In this document: positions 36,705-47,989 of the stretch, piece after piece
Layout: each line of letters opens with the position of its first letter
Position numbering within the stretch: position 1 is the first letter of the stretch
Source of the DNA: an uncultured Eubacteriales bacterium
GTDB taxonomy: Bacteria; Bacillota; Clostridia; Acetivibrionales; CAZANH01
Length of the DNA stretch: 49,703 nt
Direction of reading: 5' to 3'
Assembly (NCBI GenBank): GCA_964486515.1
Contig: CAZANH010000229.1
Span: forward strand, 1-49,703
Translations under genes and position numbers: made by a program
The notes under the pieces: model-generated
Database searches by the model: none
Seen by the model: the letters and a program-made list of their open reading frames with translations, nothing else
What the model was told of the DNA's origin: nothing

Positions 36705-37052
36705 ATGGGCAACAGAGTACATGTAAAAAAGGGAGATATGGTATATGTCCTTTCAGGTAAGGATAAAGATAAGAAGGGGAGAGTTTTAAAAGTTTTTCCT
36801 GATGAAATGAAAGTACTGGTTGAGGGTGTAAACATAACAAGCAGGCATAAAAAACCAAGAAGTGCAAATCAACAGGGAGGAATAATACCTCAGGAATCAC
36901 CTATAGACAGTTCAAATGTGATGTTTTTTTGCAGCAGATGTAAAGCTCCAGCGAAGATAGGGAAAATAATACTTGAAAATGGGCAGAAGGCAAGAGTATG
37001 TAAAAGGTGTGGAGAAACAATTGATCTATTAAAAGAAAGTGAAATAGAATAA
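36705..37052 (+). CDS. rplX: 50S ribosomal protein L24 (Cys4 form)
   Basis: Has a KOW motif (VHVKKGDMVYVLSGKDKDKKG). The C-terminal part carries CSRC...CKRC. Confidence 0.95.
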   Translation: MGNRVHVKKGDMVYVLSGKDKDKKGRVLKVFPDEMKVLVEGVNITSRHKKPRSANQQGGIIPQESPIDSSNVMFFCSRCKAPAKIGKIILENGQKARVCKRCGETIDLLKESEIE

Positions 37053-37087
37053 TGTGTTAAGAAAGTTGAAAGGAGGCATACGGTAAG

Positions 37088-37630
37088 ATGCCGAGACTTA
37101 AAGAAAAATATATAAAAGAAATAAGGCCTGCACTTAAGGCTAAGTTTAAATATAAAAGTACCATGCAGATTCCCGGGCTTGAAAAAGTCGTATTAAGTAT
37201 GGGTGTGGGAGAAGTCAGAGATAATCCAAAAGCAATGGATTCTGCAGTTAATGATATTATGATGATTTCAGGGCAGAGGCCTGTTGTAACAAAAGCAAAA
37301 AAATCTGTTGCATCGTTTAAGGTAAGGCAAGGAATGAATATAGGTTGTATGGTTACTTTAAGAGGAAACAGAATGTATGAATTTACTGACAAATTATTTA
37401 ATATAGGGCTTCCAAGAGTACGAGACTTCAGGGGAATATCTCCCAATTCATTTGATGGAAGAGGTAATTTCTCAATAGGAATTAAAGAACAGATTATTTT
37501 TCCTGAGATAAATTATGATAGTATTGACAGGATAAGAGGTTTGAATATAACTTTTGTTACTACGGCAAGAACCGATGAAGAAGCAAAGGAATTACTACAG
37601 CTTTTAGGTATGCCGTTCGTACAAACATAA
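37088..37630 (+). CDS. rplE: 50S ribosomal protein L5
   Basis: [20 protein letters not shown]... with the expected spc operon position. Confidence 0.98.
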   Translation: MPRLKEKYIKEIRPALKAKFKYKSTMQIPGLEKVVLSMGVGEVRDNPKAMDSAVNDIMMISGQRPVVTKAKKSVASFKVRQGMNIGCMVTLRGNRMYEFTDKLFNIGLPRVRDFRGISPNSFDGRGNFSIGIKEQIIFPEINYDSIDRIRGLNITFVTTARTDEEAKELLQLLGMPFVQT

Positions 37631-37646
37631 AAGGAGGTAATATAAA

Positions 37647-37832
37647 TTGGCCAAAAAAGCTATGCGCCTAAAACAGTTAAAGAAGCAAAAATACAAAACC
37701 AGGGAATACAACAGATGTAAATTATGTGGAAGGCCTCATGGTTATATAAGAAAGTTTGGTATTTGCAGGCTCTGCTTCAGAAATTTAGCTTATAAGGGAC
37801 AGATACCAGGAGTTAAAAAAGCAAGCTGGTAA
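37647..37832 (+). CDS. rpsN: 30S ribosomal protein S14 type Z (zinc form)
   Basis: 61 aa with [25 protein letters not shown] start after AAGGAGG. Confidence 0.96.
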   Translation: MAKKAMRLKQLKKQKYKTREYNRCKLCGRPHGYIRKFGICRLCFRNLAYKGQIPGVKKASW

Positions 37833-37861
37833 CAATATTTATAATTAAGGAGGTATTCTAA

Positions 37862-38260
37862 ATGCAAATATCAGATACAATTGCTGATATGCTTACAAGG
37901 ATAAGAAATGCTGGTTCTGCTAAGCATAAAACAGTGGATGTACCAGCCTCAAATATAAAAAAGAAAATTGCAGGGATATTGCTTGAAGAAGGTTATGTCA
38001 AGAGTGTTGATTATATTGAGGATAAAATGCAGGGAATAATTAAAATAACTTTAAAATATACGAGTGATAAAAAAAATGTCATATCCGGAGTTAAAAGGAT
38101 AAGCAAACCGGGTTTAAGGGTATATGCACATAAGGATGAAATCCCAAAAGTACTTGGAGGTCTTGGAACAGCGATTATATCGACTTCTAGAGGGATAATG
38201 ACAGATAAAAATGCGAGAAAAGAAGGGGTCGGTGGAGAAGTGCTGGCCTTTGTATGGTAG
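37862..38260 (+). CDS. rpsH: 30S ribosomal protein S8
   Basis: [15 protein letters not shown]... Confidence 0.98.
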   Translation: MQISDTIADMLTRIRNAGSAKHKTVDVPASNIKKKIAGILLEEGYVKSVDYIEDKMQGIIKITLKYTSDKKNVISGVKRISKPGLRVYAHKDEIPKVLGGLGTAIISTSRGIMTDKNARKEGVGGEVLAFVW

Positions 38261-38271
38261 GAGGTGTACGT

Positions 38272-38826
38272 ATGTCGAGAATTGGTATAATACCCGTGGA
38301 AATACCTGATAATGTAGATGTAAAAATTAATAAGGAAAATGTAATTACCGTAAAAGGCAAGAACAGTACTTTAACAAAACAGCTCCACAGAGATATGATA
38401 ATTAACATAAAATCAGATAATATTTATATAAAAAGGCCATCAGAAAGCAAATTACACAAGTCCCTGCATGGTTTGACAAGAACATTGGTTAACAATATGG
38501 TTGAAGGTGTAACAAAGGGTTATGAGAAAGTCCTTGAGATAAATGGAGTAGGCTACAGAGCGCAAAAGCAGGGGAAAAGGCTTGTTCTTACAGTTGGATA
38601 TTCCCATCCGGTTGAAATGGAAGAACCTGAAGGAATAACTGTCGATGTTCCAAGCACTGACAGGGTTATTGTAAAAGGAAGTGATAAACAGGCAGTGGGG
38701 GAATTTGCAGCAAAAATAAGAAGGAAAAGGCCACCTGAGGTATACAAAGGGAAAGGAATTAAATACGAAAACGAAATAATCAGACATAAAGAAGGTAAAA
38801 CTGGTGGTGTCAAGACAAGTGTATAG
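38272..38826 (+). CDS. rplF: 50S ribosomal protein L6
   Basis: [12 protein letters not shown]... ATG 38272 follows TAGGAGG. The track start at 38254 overlaps rpsH. Confidence 0.96.
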   Translation: MSRIGIIPVEIPDNVDVKINKENVITVKGKNSTLTKQLHRDMIINIKSDNIYIKRPSESKLHKSLHGLTRTLVNNMVEGVTKGYEKVLEINGVGYRAQKQGKRLVLTVGYSHPVEMEEPEGITVDVPSTDRVIVKGSDKQAVGEFAAKIRRKRPPEVYKGKGIKYENEIIRHKEGKTGGVKTSV

Positions 38827-38863
38827 CTTGTATTTGTTGAGATAATAGAAGGAGTTGGATAAA

Positions 38864-39232
38864 GTGATTAGAAAGCCTGTAAAAAACAATATAAGGAAAA
38901 GAAAGCATATAAGGGTGAGAAAAAAATTAAAAGGTACACCCGAACAGCCAAGGTTGAATGTATTCAGGAGTTTGAAAAACATGTATGCACAGATCATTGA
39001 TGATACTTCGGGCAATACCTTGGTTTCGGCATCAACGCTTGACGATGCTTTGAAGAAAAATTCAAAATCAGGGAGTAATAAAGAGTCGGCAAGAGAAGTA
39101 GGAAAAATGATTGCACAAAAAGCTATTGATAAAGGTATAAAAAAAGTGGTATTTGACCGAGGAGGTTATATTTATCACGGAAGAGTAAAGGAAGTAGCAG
39201 AGGGCGCAAGAGAGACAGGATTGGATTTTTAA
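38864..39232 (+). CDS. rplR: 50S ribosomal protein L18
   Basis: The core is [15 protein letters not shown]...[11 protein letters not shown] 38864 is better spaced from the GGAG than TTG 38855, so the start is uncertain by 9 nt. Confidence 0.93.
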   Translation: MIRKPVKNNIRKRKHIRVRKKLKGTPEQPRLNVFRSLKNMYAQIIDDTSGNTLVSASTLDDALKKNSKSGSNKESAREVGKMIAQKAIDKGIKKVVFDRGGYIYHGRVKEVAEGARETGLDF

Positions 39233-39277
39233 AAAACATAATATGGTAAAGATGATAAGAATAAGGAGGTAAAAAAT

Positions 39278-39778
39278 TTGCAGCGTATAGATGCAAGTAT
39301 ATTGGATCTAAAAGAAAAAGTAGTAAATATAGGCCGTGTGGCAAAAGTTGTAAAAGGCGGAAGGCATTTTCGTTTTAGTGCACTTGTTGTTGTAGGTGAT
39401 GAGAACGGTCATGTAGGAAGTGGTATAGGCAAAGCTGCTGAAATTCCTGATGCGATAAGAAAAGGTATAGATGATGCAAGAAAAAATCTTATCAACGTAC
39501 CGGTTGTGGATACTACAATACCACATGAAGTGATTGGGTGTTATGGAGCGGGCAGAGTACTTTTAAAACCAGCTGAAACAGGTACCGGAGTTATTGCAGG
39601 AGGTCCTGTAAGAGCAGTACTGGAACTTGCAGGCATAAAAGATATAAGGACGAAATCACTGAGATCAAACAATCCTGTAAATATGGTAAATGCAACCATT
39701 GAAGGACTGGCACGTCTCAGGACAGTTGAGGATGTAGCAAAACTTCGCGGGAAAAATGTTGAAGAAATACTTGGATAG
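39278..39778 (+). CDS. rpsE: 30S ribosomal protein S5
   Basis: TTG start after AAGGAGG. Sequence [27 protein letters not shown]. Confidence 0.97.
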   Translation: MQRIDASILDLKEKVVNIGRVAKVVKGGRHFRFSALVVVGDENGHVGSGIGKAAEIPDAIRKGIDDARKNLINVPVVDTTIPHEVIGCYGAGRVLLKPAETGTGVIAGGPVRAVLELAGIKDIRTKSLRSNNPVNMVNATIEGLARLRTVEDVAKLRGKNVEEILG

Positions 39779-39791
39779 GAGAGTGTTTTAA

Positions 39792-39983
39792 TTGGCAATG
39801 TTGATGATAACGCTTAAAAAAAGTACAAATAAGGCACTTAAAGGCCAGGTAGCTACAATAAAAGCTCTTGGGCTAAAAAAAACCGGAAGCTTTGTTAAAC
39901 AAAAAGATAGTCCTCAAATAAGAGGGATGATTAATAAGGTTTCCCATCTGGTAAGTGTTGAAGAGGTAAAGGGAGGTGCATAG
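39792..39983 (+). CDS. rpmD: 50S ribosomal protein L30
   Basis: [25 protein letters not shown]. The start is ambiguous: TTG 39792, ATG 39798 or ATG 39804. Confidence 0.92.
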   Translation: MAMLMITLKKSTNKALKGQVATIKALGLKKTGSFVKQKDSPQIRGMINKVSHLVSVEEVKGGA

Positions 39984-39986
39984 AGT

Positions 39987-40430
39987 ATGAAAATTAATGA
40001 ACTTAAATCTTCTCCCGGAGCAAGGAAAAAACCTGTAAGAAAGGGAAGAGGACAAGGTACAGGTAATGGAAAAACCGCAGGCCGAGGCCATAAGGGACAA
40101 AAAGCCCGTGCTGGAGGCGGAGTAAGGATTGGATTTGAAGGTGGGCAGATGCCTTTATACAGAAGAATACCAAAAAGAGGATTCAATAATAAAAAATTTG
40201 CAAAACATTATGCTGAAATTAATGTATCTCTTCTTAATTCATTTAATAATGGAGTAGTTGTAGGTCAGGATGATATGATTAAAGAAGGTATTATAAAAAA
40301 ATCATATGATGGAGTTTCAGTACTTGGAAATGGGGAGATTACTAAAAAACTTACGGTCAGAGCTGCCAGATTTACCAAGTCAGCTGCTGAAAAGATTGAA
40401 GCTGCAGGAGGAAAGGTAGAGGTGGTTTAA
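39987..40430 (+). CDS. rplO: 50S ribosomal protein L15
   Basis: [41 protein letters not shown]. Confidence 0.98.
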   Translation: MKINELKSSPGARKKPVRKGRGQGTGNGKTAGRGHKGQKARAGGGVRIGFEGGQMPLYRRIPKRGFNNKKFAKHYAEINVSLLNSFNNGVVVGQDDMIKEGIIKKSYDGVSVLGNGEITKKLTVRAARFTKSAAEKIEAAGGKVEVV

Positions 40431-40431
40431 T

Positions 40432-41724
40432 ATGGGAGGAATGTTTGATACACTCAGAAACGCCTGGAAGATTCCTGATTTAAAGAAAAAGATGTTGTTT
40501 ACAGTAGGAATGCTTATTGTGTACCGTATCGGTTCACATATACCGGTTCCCTATCTTGATGCCGATAAGTTCAGAGAGCTTGTAGAGTCAGGTTCGTCGC
40601 TTTTCGGTTTTCTTGATATAGTAACAGGAGGTGCATTTAAGCTTGCAACTATATTTGCAATGAGCATAACACCATATATTAATGCATCAATTATTATGAG
40701 CCTTCTTACAATTGCTATTCCAAAGCTGGAACAGCTTCAGAAAGAAGGCGAGGAAGGAAGAAAGATAATTGGAAGATACACAAGATACGGAACAGTTGTT
40801 CTCGGTTTTATGCAGGCTACCGGACTGTATTTTGGTATGAGAGGTGCAATTATAGGAGGAGTAAGCGTATTAAGTTTTATAACAATAACCTTTACTTTTA
40901 CTGCAGGTACTGCTTTCCTGATGTGGCTTGGTGAACAGATAACGGAACGGGGTGTAGGTAATGGTATTTCACTTATAATATTTACCGGAATTATATCAAG
41001 AGGACCTCAGGGAGCTGCAACAATATATAATTACTATGTTTCGGGAACACTTGGACCGGGATTTTTAGGTATAATTTCCATTGCCTTGATCCTTGTTGTA
41101 TTTATTGGTGTTATTGCTGCTGTAATATGGGTTCAGCAGGCTGAAAGAAGGTTGCCCATTCAATATGCAAAGAGGGTCGTGGGAAGAAAAATGTACGGCG
41201 GTCAGAATACACATTTACCTATAAAAGTTAATCTTGCAGGTGTTATACCTATAATATTTGCAATGTCCATACTTGCATTTCCGTCAACAATTGTAGGTTT
41301 TGTTGCCCCCAATACACAAAACCCCATTTTATTATGGTTCCAGAATGCACAGGGTACACTTGGATATGCTTTAATATATGCCGTACTGATAATATTCTTT
41401 ACGTTCTTCTATACTATTATACAGTTTAATCCAATTGAGGTTGCAAGTAATATGAAGAAAAATGGGGGATTCATACCGGGATTAAGGCCGGGAAAACCCA
41501 CATCTGATTATATAGCCAAGGTACTCAACAGACTCACCTGGTTTGGTGGATTTTTCCTTGCAACTGTTACTATTTTCCCAAGTCTGCTGGGTATGATATT
41601 TAAAATAAAAGGAATATGGTTTGGCGGTACGGCACTTTTGATTCTTGTAGGTGTAGCTCTGGATACGGTAAAGCAAATAGAATCCCAGATGTTAATGAGA
41701 CATTACAAAGGATTTCTTGAATAG
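40432..41724 (+). CDS. secY: preprotein translocase subunit SecY
   Basis: 430 aa with 10 TM helices, the LGEQITERGVGNGISLIIF motif and the expected operon position. Confidence 0.98.
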   Translation: MGGMFDTLRNAWKIPDLKKKMLFTVGMLIVYRIGSHIPVPYLDADKFRELVESGSSLFGFLDIVTGGAFKLATIFAMSITPYINASIIMSLLTIAIPKLEQLQKEGEEGRKIIGRYTRYGTVVLGFMQATGLYFGMRGAIIGGVSVLSFITITFTFTAGTAFLMWLGEQITERGVGNGISLIIFTGIISRGPQGAATIYNYYVSGTLGPGFLGIISIALILVVFIGVIAAVIWVQQAERRLPIQYAKRVVGRKMYGGQNTHLPIKVNLAGVIPIIFAMSILAFPSTIVGFVAPNTQNPILLWFQNAQGTLGYALIYAVLIIFFTFFYTIIQFNPIEVASNMKKNGGFIPGLRPGKPTSDYIAKVLNRLTWFGGFFLATVTIFPSLLGMIFKIKGIWFGGTALLILVGVALDTVKQIESQMLMRHYKGFLE

Positions 41725-41784
41725 TTACAGAATGGCTGAAAGTGAGAAAACAGATGAAAGAATTGATACAATTTGAGGAGGAGT

Positions 41785-42444
41785 ATGAGAGTTATTTTAC
41801 TAGGTGCTCCAGGTGCGGGTAAAGGCAGCCAGGCGGTTCTGCTGTCGGAGAAATTGAATATACCTCATATATCCACAGGCGATATTTTCAGAAGCAATAT
41901 TAGAGAAAATACAACCCTTGGGAGTAAGGTAAAAAATTATATGGATAAGGGTGTACTTGTACCTGATGAGTTGACTGTTGAAATTATAAAAGACAGGTTT
42001 TTAAAGGAAGACTGCAGAGAGGGATTTATACTTGATGGATTTCCGAGAACAATAACGCAGGCTGAATATCTGGATAAGACTATTTCCATTTTGAAAATGG
42101 AAATAGATTATGCTGTTGATATATATGCACCTGATGAAGTAATAATTAAAAGGCTTTCAGGAAGAAGAATATGTTCCGTATGTGGAAAAAATTATCATAT
42201 TAAAACAAAACCTCCTGTTAGAGAAGGGATTTGTGATGAATGTGGCGGTAAACTGGTACAAAGGAATGATGACAGAGAGGAGATTATCCGAAAAAGGCTT
42301 GAAACATATCATATTGAAACGGAACCACTTATAGATTACTATAAAGGCAGAGGAAAGCTGTTAAGGGTAGATGGCAGGGGTTCTATTGAAGAAACCTATG
42401 AAGGTATGTTAAGTGTTTTAGGTATGGAAAATGATTTCAGTTAA
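41785..42444 (+). CDS. adk: adenylate kinase (zinc-lid form)
   Basis: MRVILLGAPGAGKGSQA P-loop. The lid carries CSVCGKNYH...CDECGGKL. The track start TTG 41773 is probably too early. Confidence 0.96.
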   Translation: MRVILLGAPGAGKGSQAVLLSEKLNIPHISTGDIFRSNIRENTTLGSKVKNYMDKGVLVPDELTVEIIKDRFLKEDCREGFILDGFPRTITQAEYLDKTISILKMEIDYAVDIYAPDEVIIKRLSGRRICSVCGKNYHIKTKPPVREGICDECGGKLVQRNDDREEIIRKRLETYHIETEPLIDYYKGRGKLLRVDGRGSIEETYEGMLSVLGMENDFS

Positions 42445-43201
42445 ATCTGATAGAGAAATTGATATAATGCTGAGGGCAGGTAAAATACTTTCCTCAGTAC
42501 ATGAAAAACTAAAAAAAATTATAGAACCGGGTATAACAACAATTGAGCTGGACAGAACGGTAGAAAAAATGATTCGAGAGAATGGTGCGGTACCTTCATT
42601 CAAAGGATATAAGGGGCATAACGATGCTCCGGATTTTCCGGCAAGCATATGTGCATCGGTAAACGATGAAGTTGTTCATGGCATACCCGGTTTAAGAGTA
42701 TTAAAAAATGGCGATATTATTAGTATTGACATTGGTGTTTGCTATAATGGGTATCATTCGGATGCAGCAAGAACTTACGCTGTAGGAGAGATATCAGATG
42801 AGGCAAAACACTTGATAGATGTTACAAGGAAAAGTTTTTTCAAAGGTTTGGAGAAAGCGGTTGCCGGAAACAGGATAATTGATATGTCGGCAGCAGTGCA
42901 GGATTTTGTAGAACAGAACGGGTGCTCGGTAATAAGAGAGTATGTAGGACATGGTATTGGCAGAGAGCTGCATGAGTCACCGGAAATTCCAAATTTCCGA
43001 ACCAAAAGGAGAGGTATAAGGCTGATGGTTGGTATGACACTTGCAATTGAACCAATGGTTAACAGCGGCAGTCGTTTTGTAAAACTGTTGGAAAACAAGT
43101 GGACAGTATCTACTGAGGATGGAAAGTTATCTGCGCATTATGAAAATACTGTGGCTGTACTTGAAAATGGACCGTTAATATTGACGGCAACCGATTGGTA
43201 G
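42431..43201 (+). CDS. map: type I methionine aminopeptidase
   Basis: Metal ligand context is present: ISIDIGVCYNGYHSDAART, VGHGIG, LAIEPM and HYENTV. Confidence 0.96.
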   Translation: MISVKSDREIDIMLRAGKILSSVHEKLKKIIEPGITTIELDRTVEKMIRENGAVPSFKGYKGHNDAPDFPASICASVNDEVVHGIPGLRVLKNGDIISIDIGVCYNGYHSDAARTYAVGEISDEAKHLIDVTRKSFFKGLEKAVAGNRIIDMSAAVQDFVEQNGCSVIREYVGHGIGRELHESPEIPNFRTKRRGIRLMVGMTLAIEPMVNSGSRFVKLLENKWTVSTEDGKLSAHYENTVAVLENGPLILTATDW

Positions 43202-43255
43202 TTTAAAATGGAGCTAGTAATGTATGTAATTTGGCAGATAAAATTTTGAAATGGA

Positions 43256-43543
43256 GTGGTTTCTCTGGATATGGTTCCTGGAGGTATAGTCCGTTCGAAA
43301 GCAGGAAGAGATAAAGGCAGGATATTTATTATTGTAGGAGTGCTGAACAGTTTGTATGTTTTGATTTCAGATGGTAAGCTTAGAAAGATTGAAAAACCTA
43401 AAAAGAAGAAAATAAAACATATTGAACCCTTGGGGATTATTGTAAAGTCTCTTGGAACAAAGCTTACGAATACGGAAAGAGTTACAAATGCCGAAATAAG
43501 AAAAACTCTTTCTATGTATAAAGATGAAATGGACATACAATAG
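43256..43543 (+). CDS. KOW-domain RNA-binding protein (L14E-like)
   Basis: GGIVRSKAGRDKGRIFIIVG has a KOW-like motif. It sits between map and infA, as in many Clostridia. The start is uncertain: GTG 43256 or ATG 43271. Confidence 0.75.
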   Translation: MVSLDMVPGGIVRSKAGRDKGRIFIIVGVLNSLYVLISDGKLRKIEKPKKKKIKHIEPLGIIVKSLGTKLTNTERVTNAEIRKTLSMYKDEMDIQ

Positions 43544-43560
43544 ATTAAGGAGGTTAAAGT

Positions 43561-43779
43561 TTGGCTAAGGAGGATGTAATAGAGGTTGAGGGTACGGTTA
43601 TTGAAGCATTGCCAAATGCAATGTTTAAGGTAGAACTTGAAAATGGACATAAAGTACTTGCTCATATTTCGGGTAAGTTGAGGATGAACTATATAAGGAT
43701 TTTGCCTGGTGACAGAGTTACAATGGAGCTATCTCCATATGACCTGTCCCGTGGTAGGATTACATGGAGGGCTAAATAA
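43561..43779 (+). CDS. infA: translation initiation factor IF-1
   Basis: [43 protein letters not shown] start after AAGGAGG. Confidence 0.97.
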   Translation: MAKEDVIEVEGTVIEALPNAMFKVELENGHKVLAHISGKLRMNYIRILPGDRVTMELSPYDLSRGRITWRAK

Positions 43780-43799
43780 TTCAGAGAGGGTGATAGAGG

Positions 43800-43913
43800 A
43801 TGAAAGTAAGGCCTTCAGTAAAGCGAATGTGTGAAAAATGCAAGATAATAAAAAGAAAAGGTAAAATAATGGTTATTTGCGAAAATCCAAAACATAAGCA
43901 AAGACAGGGATAA
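43800..43913 (+). CDS. rpmJ: 50S ribosomal protein L36 (zinc form)
   Basis: My own translation gives [37 protein letters not shown] (37 aa). It is too short for the ORF track. GAGGGTGATAGAGG lies upstream. Confidence 0.95.
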   Translation: MKVRPSVKRMCEKCKIIKRKGKIMVICENPKHKQRQG

Positions 43914-43939
43914 ACAGGAAACGGAGGTGTATTAAAATT

Positions 43940-44311
43940 ATGGCACGTATTGCCGGAGTAGACCTGCCGCGTGAAAAGCGGACTGAAATCGGACTGACAT
44001 ATATATTTGGTATAGGGAAATCGACATCAAGAAAAATACTTGCAAAAACAGGTGTTAGCCCTGATACAAGGGTAAGAGATTTAACAGAGGATGAAATATC
44101 AAAACTAAGGGACGTTATTGAAAAAGAGCATAAGGTTGAGGGTGATTTAAGAAGAGAAGTCACTATGAGCATAAAGAGGCTTACGGAAATAGGGTCTTAT
44201 AGAGGAAGAAGGCATAGGATGGGCTTACCAGTGAGAGGACAGAAAACAAAAACAAATGCCCGAACAAGAAAAGGGCCTAAAAGAACAATAGGTATACAAA
44301 GAAAGAAGTAA
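43940..44311 (+). CDS. rpsM: 30S ribosomal protein S13
   Basis: [14 protein letters not shown]... Confidence 0.98.
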   Translation: MARIAGVDLPREKRTEIGLTYIFGIGKSTSRKILAKTGVSPDTRVRDLTEDEISKLRDVIEKEHKVEGDLRREVTMSIKRLTEIGSYRGRRHRMGLPVRGQKTKTNARTRKGPKRTIGIQRKK

Positions 44312-44326
44312 GGAGGTATATAATAA

Positions 44327-44725
44327 ATGGCGGTTAAGACCGGTAGGAAAACTACAAGAAGGAGAAAAGAACGAAAAAATATTGAACGTGGTTCGGCACA
44401 TATACGTTCAACATTCAATAATACTATTGTAACCATGACAGATACTGCAGGAAATGCATTATCATGGGCAAGTGCAGGTGGCTTGGGATTCAGGGGCTCT
44501 AGAAAAAGTACCCCGTTTGCGGCACAAATAGCAGCTGAAACAGCGGCGAAAGGTGCTATGGAGCATGGACTTAAAACTGTTGAAGTATATGTTAAGGGGC
44601 CGGGCTCAGGAAGGGAAGCTGCAATAAGGGCACTTCAAGCTGCAGGGCTTGAGGTTAGCCTTATTAAAGATGTTACCCCAATTCCACATAATGGATGTAG
44701 ACCACCAAAAAGAAGAAGGGTATAA
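44327..44725 (+). CDS. rpsK: 30S ribosomal protein S11
   Basis: [18 protein letters not shown]...[16 protein letters not shown]. Confidence 0.98.
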   Translation: MAVKTGRKTTRRRKERKNIERGSAHIRSTFNNTIVTMTDTAGNALSWASAGGLGFRGSRKSTPFAAQIAAETAAKGAMEHGLKTVEVYVKGPGSGREAAIRALQAAGLEVSLIKDVTPIPHNGCRPPKRRRV

Positions 44726-44754
44726 TTATTAAGAAAATGGAGGTGTAGAGATTA

Positions 44755-45381
44755 ATGGCAAGATATACAGGAGCTTCCTGCAGATTGTGTCGCAGAGAAG
44801 GGCAAAAACTTTTCCTGAAAGGGGAGAGGTGCTATACTGATAAATGTGCTATTGCAAGAAGGCAGTATGCTCCAGGGCAGCATACGCAGCAGAGAAAGAA
44901 AGTATCAGAATATGGAATTCAGCTTCGTGAAAAACAAAAAGCCAGAAGGTTTTATGGAATACTTGAAAATCAATTCAGAAAATATTTTGAGATAGCGTCA
45001 AGAAAAAAAGGCGTTACAGGAGAAAACCTGTTACAGATACTTGAAACAAGACTGGACAATATTGTATACAGACTTGGCCTTGCCACATCAAGGCCGGAAG
45101 CAAGACAGCTCGTCAAACATGGGCATTATACAGTCAATGGAAAAAAGGTTGATATACCTTCATATATTGTTAAAGAAGGTGATACAATAGCTGTGAAAGA
45201 AAAAAGCAAAAATCTGCAAAAATTCAAGGATATACAGGAAGTAACAGGCAGTAAGGTTGTACCTCAATGGCTTGAATTAGATAAAGATAATCTGACGGGA
45301 AAAGTAATTGCACTTCCGTTAAGAGAAGATGTTGATCTGCCGGTTGAAGAACATCTTATAGTCGAGTTATATTCCAAATAA
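44755..45381 (+). CDS. rpsD: 30S ribosomal protein S4
   Basis: [31 protein letters not shown] (zinc-knuckle form) plus an S4 domain. Confidence 0.98.
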   Translation: MARYTGASCRLCRREGQKLFLKGERCYTDKCAIARRQYAPGQHTQQRKKVSEYGIQLREKQKARRFYGILENQFRKYFEIASRKKGVTGENLLQILETRLDNIVYRLGLATSRPEARQLVKHGHYTVNGKKVDIPSYIVKEGDTIAVKEKSKNLQKFKDIQEVTGSKVVPQWLELDKDNLTGKVIALPLREDVDLPVEEHLIVELYSK

Positions 45382-45503
45382 ATAATCTGGAAGATAATTG
45401 CAACTGAATGCTGAAAGCCATTATTAGTTTACAGCAGAATAGAAAAAGAAATAGGTCAGTTGCCCTCAAATAAAATATAAATAAAAAGAAGGAGGGTTTT
45501 TAC

Positions 45504-46454
45504 TTGATTGAGATAGAAAAGCCGAAAATTGAATGTGCAGAGATAACTGAAAATGACGTATACGGTAAGTTTATTATTGAACCTCTTGAAAGGGGATATG
45601 GTATAACACTTGGTAATTCGCTAAGAAGGATATTATTATCATCACTTCCGGGTGTTGCAGTTACATCAATAAAGATTGATGGTGTACTTCATGAGTTTTC
45701 AACGGTCCCAGGTGTAGTAGAAGACGTAACAGAGATAATTCTTAATATCAAAGGGCTTGCAGCTAAGTTATATAGTGACGGTCAAAAGATTGTATATATT
45801 GATGCGGAAGGTGAGGGGCCAATAACAGGTAAAGATATCAAATGTGATTCCGATGTGGAGATACTGAATCCTGATATTCACATAGCTACACTTAACGGAG
45901 AAAGCAGATTCTATATGGAGCTGGTAATAAACAAGGGAAGAGGATATGTCTCTTCGGAAAAAAATAAAATGGCAGGACAGCCTATAGGTATAATTCCTGT
46001 CGATTCCATATATACTCCTGTTACGAAGGTGAATTATACGGTGGAAAATACCCGTGTCGGCCAGGTAACCGATTTTGACAGGCTGACAATAGAAGTATGG
46101 ACAAATGGAAGCATAAAGCCTGATGAGGCTATCAGTTTGGGTGCCAAAATATTGAATGAACACTTGAAACTCTTCATTGATCTTTCAGACCATGCAAAGA
46201 ATGCGGAAATAATGGTTGAAAAGGAAGAGACCAAAAAAGAAAAAGTACTGGAAATGACTATTGAAGAACTCGACCTTTCGGTCAGGTCGTACAATTGCCT
46301 GAAAAGGGCAGGTATAAATACGGTCGAAGACCTTACGAACAAGACAGAGGATGATATGATGAAAGTAAGGAACCTTGGGAGAAAATCACTTGAAGAAGTG
46401 CTGCAGAAGCTTAAGGGGCTTGATTTGGCTCTAAAACCTTCAGAGGAGCAGTAA
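45504..46454 (+). CDS. rpoA: DNA-directed RNA polymerase subunit alpha
   Basis: TTG start after AAGGAGGG. Sequence [23 protein letters not shown], with a C-terminal domain containing [16 protein letters not shown]. Confidence 0.98.
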   Translation: MIEIEKPKIECAEITENDVYGKFIIEPLERGYGITLGNSLRRILLSSLPGVAVTSIKIDGVLHEFSTVPGVVEDVTEIILNIKGLAAKLYSDGQKIVYIDAEGEGPITGKDIKCDSDVEILNPDIHIATLNGESRFYMELVINKGRGYVSSEKNKMAGQPIGIIPVDSIYTPVTKVNYTVENTRVGQVTDFDRLTIEVWTNGSIKPDEAISLGAKILNEHLKLFIDLSDHAKNAEIMVEKEETKKEKVLEMTIEELDLSVRSYNCLKRAGINTVEDLTNKTEDDMMKVRNLGRKSLEEVLQKLKGLDLALKPSEEQ

Positions 46455-46488
46455 ACACAAAAAGACACTGGTGAAGGAGGCATATATA

Positions 46489-47016
46489 ATGGCAGTAAAT
46501 AGAAAACTCAACCGCCCTATGGACCAAAGGAAAGCTTTACTAAAAGGTCTTGTAACTTCCTTGTTTGAACATGGCAGGATTAAGACTACGGAGGCCAGGG
46601 CAAAGGAGATAAGAAGCATTGCAGAAAAATTGATATCAATTGCTGTAAAAGAGGCAGATAACTTTACATCAAAACAGGACCTAATAACTAAGGCTAAACT
46701 TGACAGCAAGGGAGCAAAGATTACAAAATCAGCAACATCAAAAAACAACAGAGGGTATGATATTGTTGACAGAGAAGAAAAAACAGATATGGTTACTGTC
46801 GATAACCCGTCGAGGTTGCATGCCAGAAGACAGGCTATAAAATGGCTTTACAGGCCAAAAACCAAAGATGGTGAAAAAATCAAAATAGCAAATAAGCTTT
46901 TTGATGAAATTGCGCAGAAATATAAGGAAAGAGAAGGCGGTTATACAAGAATGTACAAGATAGGCCCAAGAAGAGGAGATGCCGCCGAAATGGTCATACT
47001 TGAACTTGTAGAATAA
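46489..47016 (+). CDS. rplQ: 50S ribosomal protein L17 (long form with internal insertion)
   Basis: [17 protein letters not shown]...[28 protein letters not shown] 46489 follows GAAGGAGG. It is 175 aa. Confidence 0.95.
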   Translation: MAVNRKLNRPMDQRKALLKGLVTSLFEHGRIKTTEARAKEIRSIAEKLISIAVKEADNFTSKQDLITKAKLDSKGAKITKSATSKNNRGYDIVDREEKTDMVTVDNPSRLHARRQAIKWLYRPKTKDGEKIKIANKLFDEIAQKYKEREGGYTRMYKIGPRRGDAAEMVILELVE

Positions 47017-47116
47017 AATATTTGTGCATCTGCGTAAATAATTGAAATAATGCTGAAAATAAAAAAAGCGACGGGGTATGTATACCTCATAGCTTTTCTT
47101 GTTTTAAAGGATATAT

Positions 47117-47989
47117 ATGAATGAAAATATGGTATTAGCAAAGAATCTGGATTTTCAATATAGGCATGATAACAGGGAAATTCCGGTTACGGCACTATCT
47201 AATATAAATATCAGTATAAAAGAAGGGCAGTTTGTTGCTGTCCTGGGTAGAAACGGTTCAGGCAAATCAACTCTTGCAAGGCTGATGAATTCTCTTTTGT
47301 TACCTACAAATGGAACCTTATACGTTAAAGGAATGAATACAAAAAATGATGAATTAACCTGGGAAGTCAGGAGAACGGTAGGAATGATTTTCCAAAATCC
47401 TGATAACCAGATTGTTGGTACAATAGTAGAGGAAGATATTGCATTTGGCCCTGAAAATTTAGGATTTAGACCTGAAGAAATAAGAAAAAGGGTTAATGAG
47501 GCAATGAAAACAACGGGGATATTGAAATATGCCAAACAAGCTCCCCATTTTCTTTCAGGAGGGCAGAAACAAAGGGTGGCAATAGCTGGCATACTTGCCA
47601 TGAAACCGGAATGTATAATACTTGATGAAGCAACCTCAATGCTGGACCCTTCAGGCAGAAAAGAGGTCATGGATGTAATAGAAAAACTTAATAAAAATGA
47701 AGGGATAACCATTATTGATATAACTCACAATGTAGAGGAAGCAATATATGCAGACAGGATAATAATATTGGATGAAGGTAAAATAGAGCTTGATGGCAAA
47801 CCGGCAGATGTTCTATCGAAAGTTGATAATATTAAAAAATTGGGCCTGGAGGTTCCTCAGGTGACAGAATTGTTTCACGAGTTGAATGCCGAAGGGTATA
47901 AGCTGCCCGTAAACGTAATTAATATTCATGAAGCAGCGGTAATATTAAAAAATATGCTGATGGAGGCAGAAAATGTCAATAAAGGTTGA
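47117..47989 (+). CDS. ecfA: energy-coupling factor (ECF) transporter ATPase, first subunit
   Basis: Walker A (GRNGSGKST), ABC signature (LSGGQKQRVAIA) and Walker B (IILDEATSMLD). It holds the conserved position after rplQ. Confidence 0.93.
   Translation: MNENMVLAKNLDFQYRHDNREIPVTALSNINISIKEGQFVAVLGRNGSGKSTLARLMNSLLLPTNGTLYVKGMNTKNDELTWEVRRTVGMIFQNPDNQIVGTIVEEDIAFGPENLGFRPEEIRKRVNEAMKTTGILKYAKQAPHFLSGGQKQRVAIAGILAMKPECIILDEATSMLDPSGRKEVMDVIEKLNKNEGITIIDITHNVEEAIYADRIIILDEGKIELDGKPADVLSKVDNIKKLGLEVPQVTELFHELNAEGYKLPVNVINIHEAAVILKNMLMEAENVNKG

Noticed and set aside
47068-47100. A possible terminator after rplQ (GGGGTA-TGTA-TACCTC followed by a T-rich run).
   Set aside because: The stem is only 6 bp including a G-U pair, and the T-run is displaced by 5 nt. 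This is too weak to call without transcript data.
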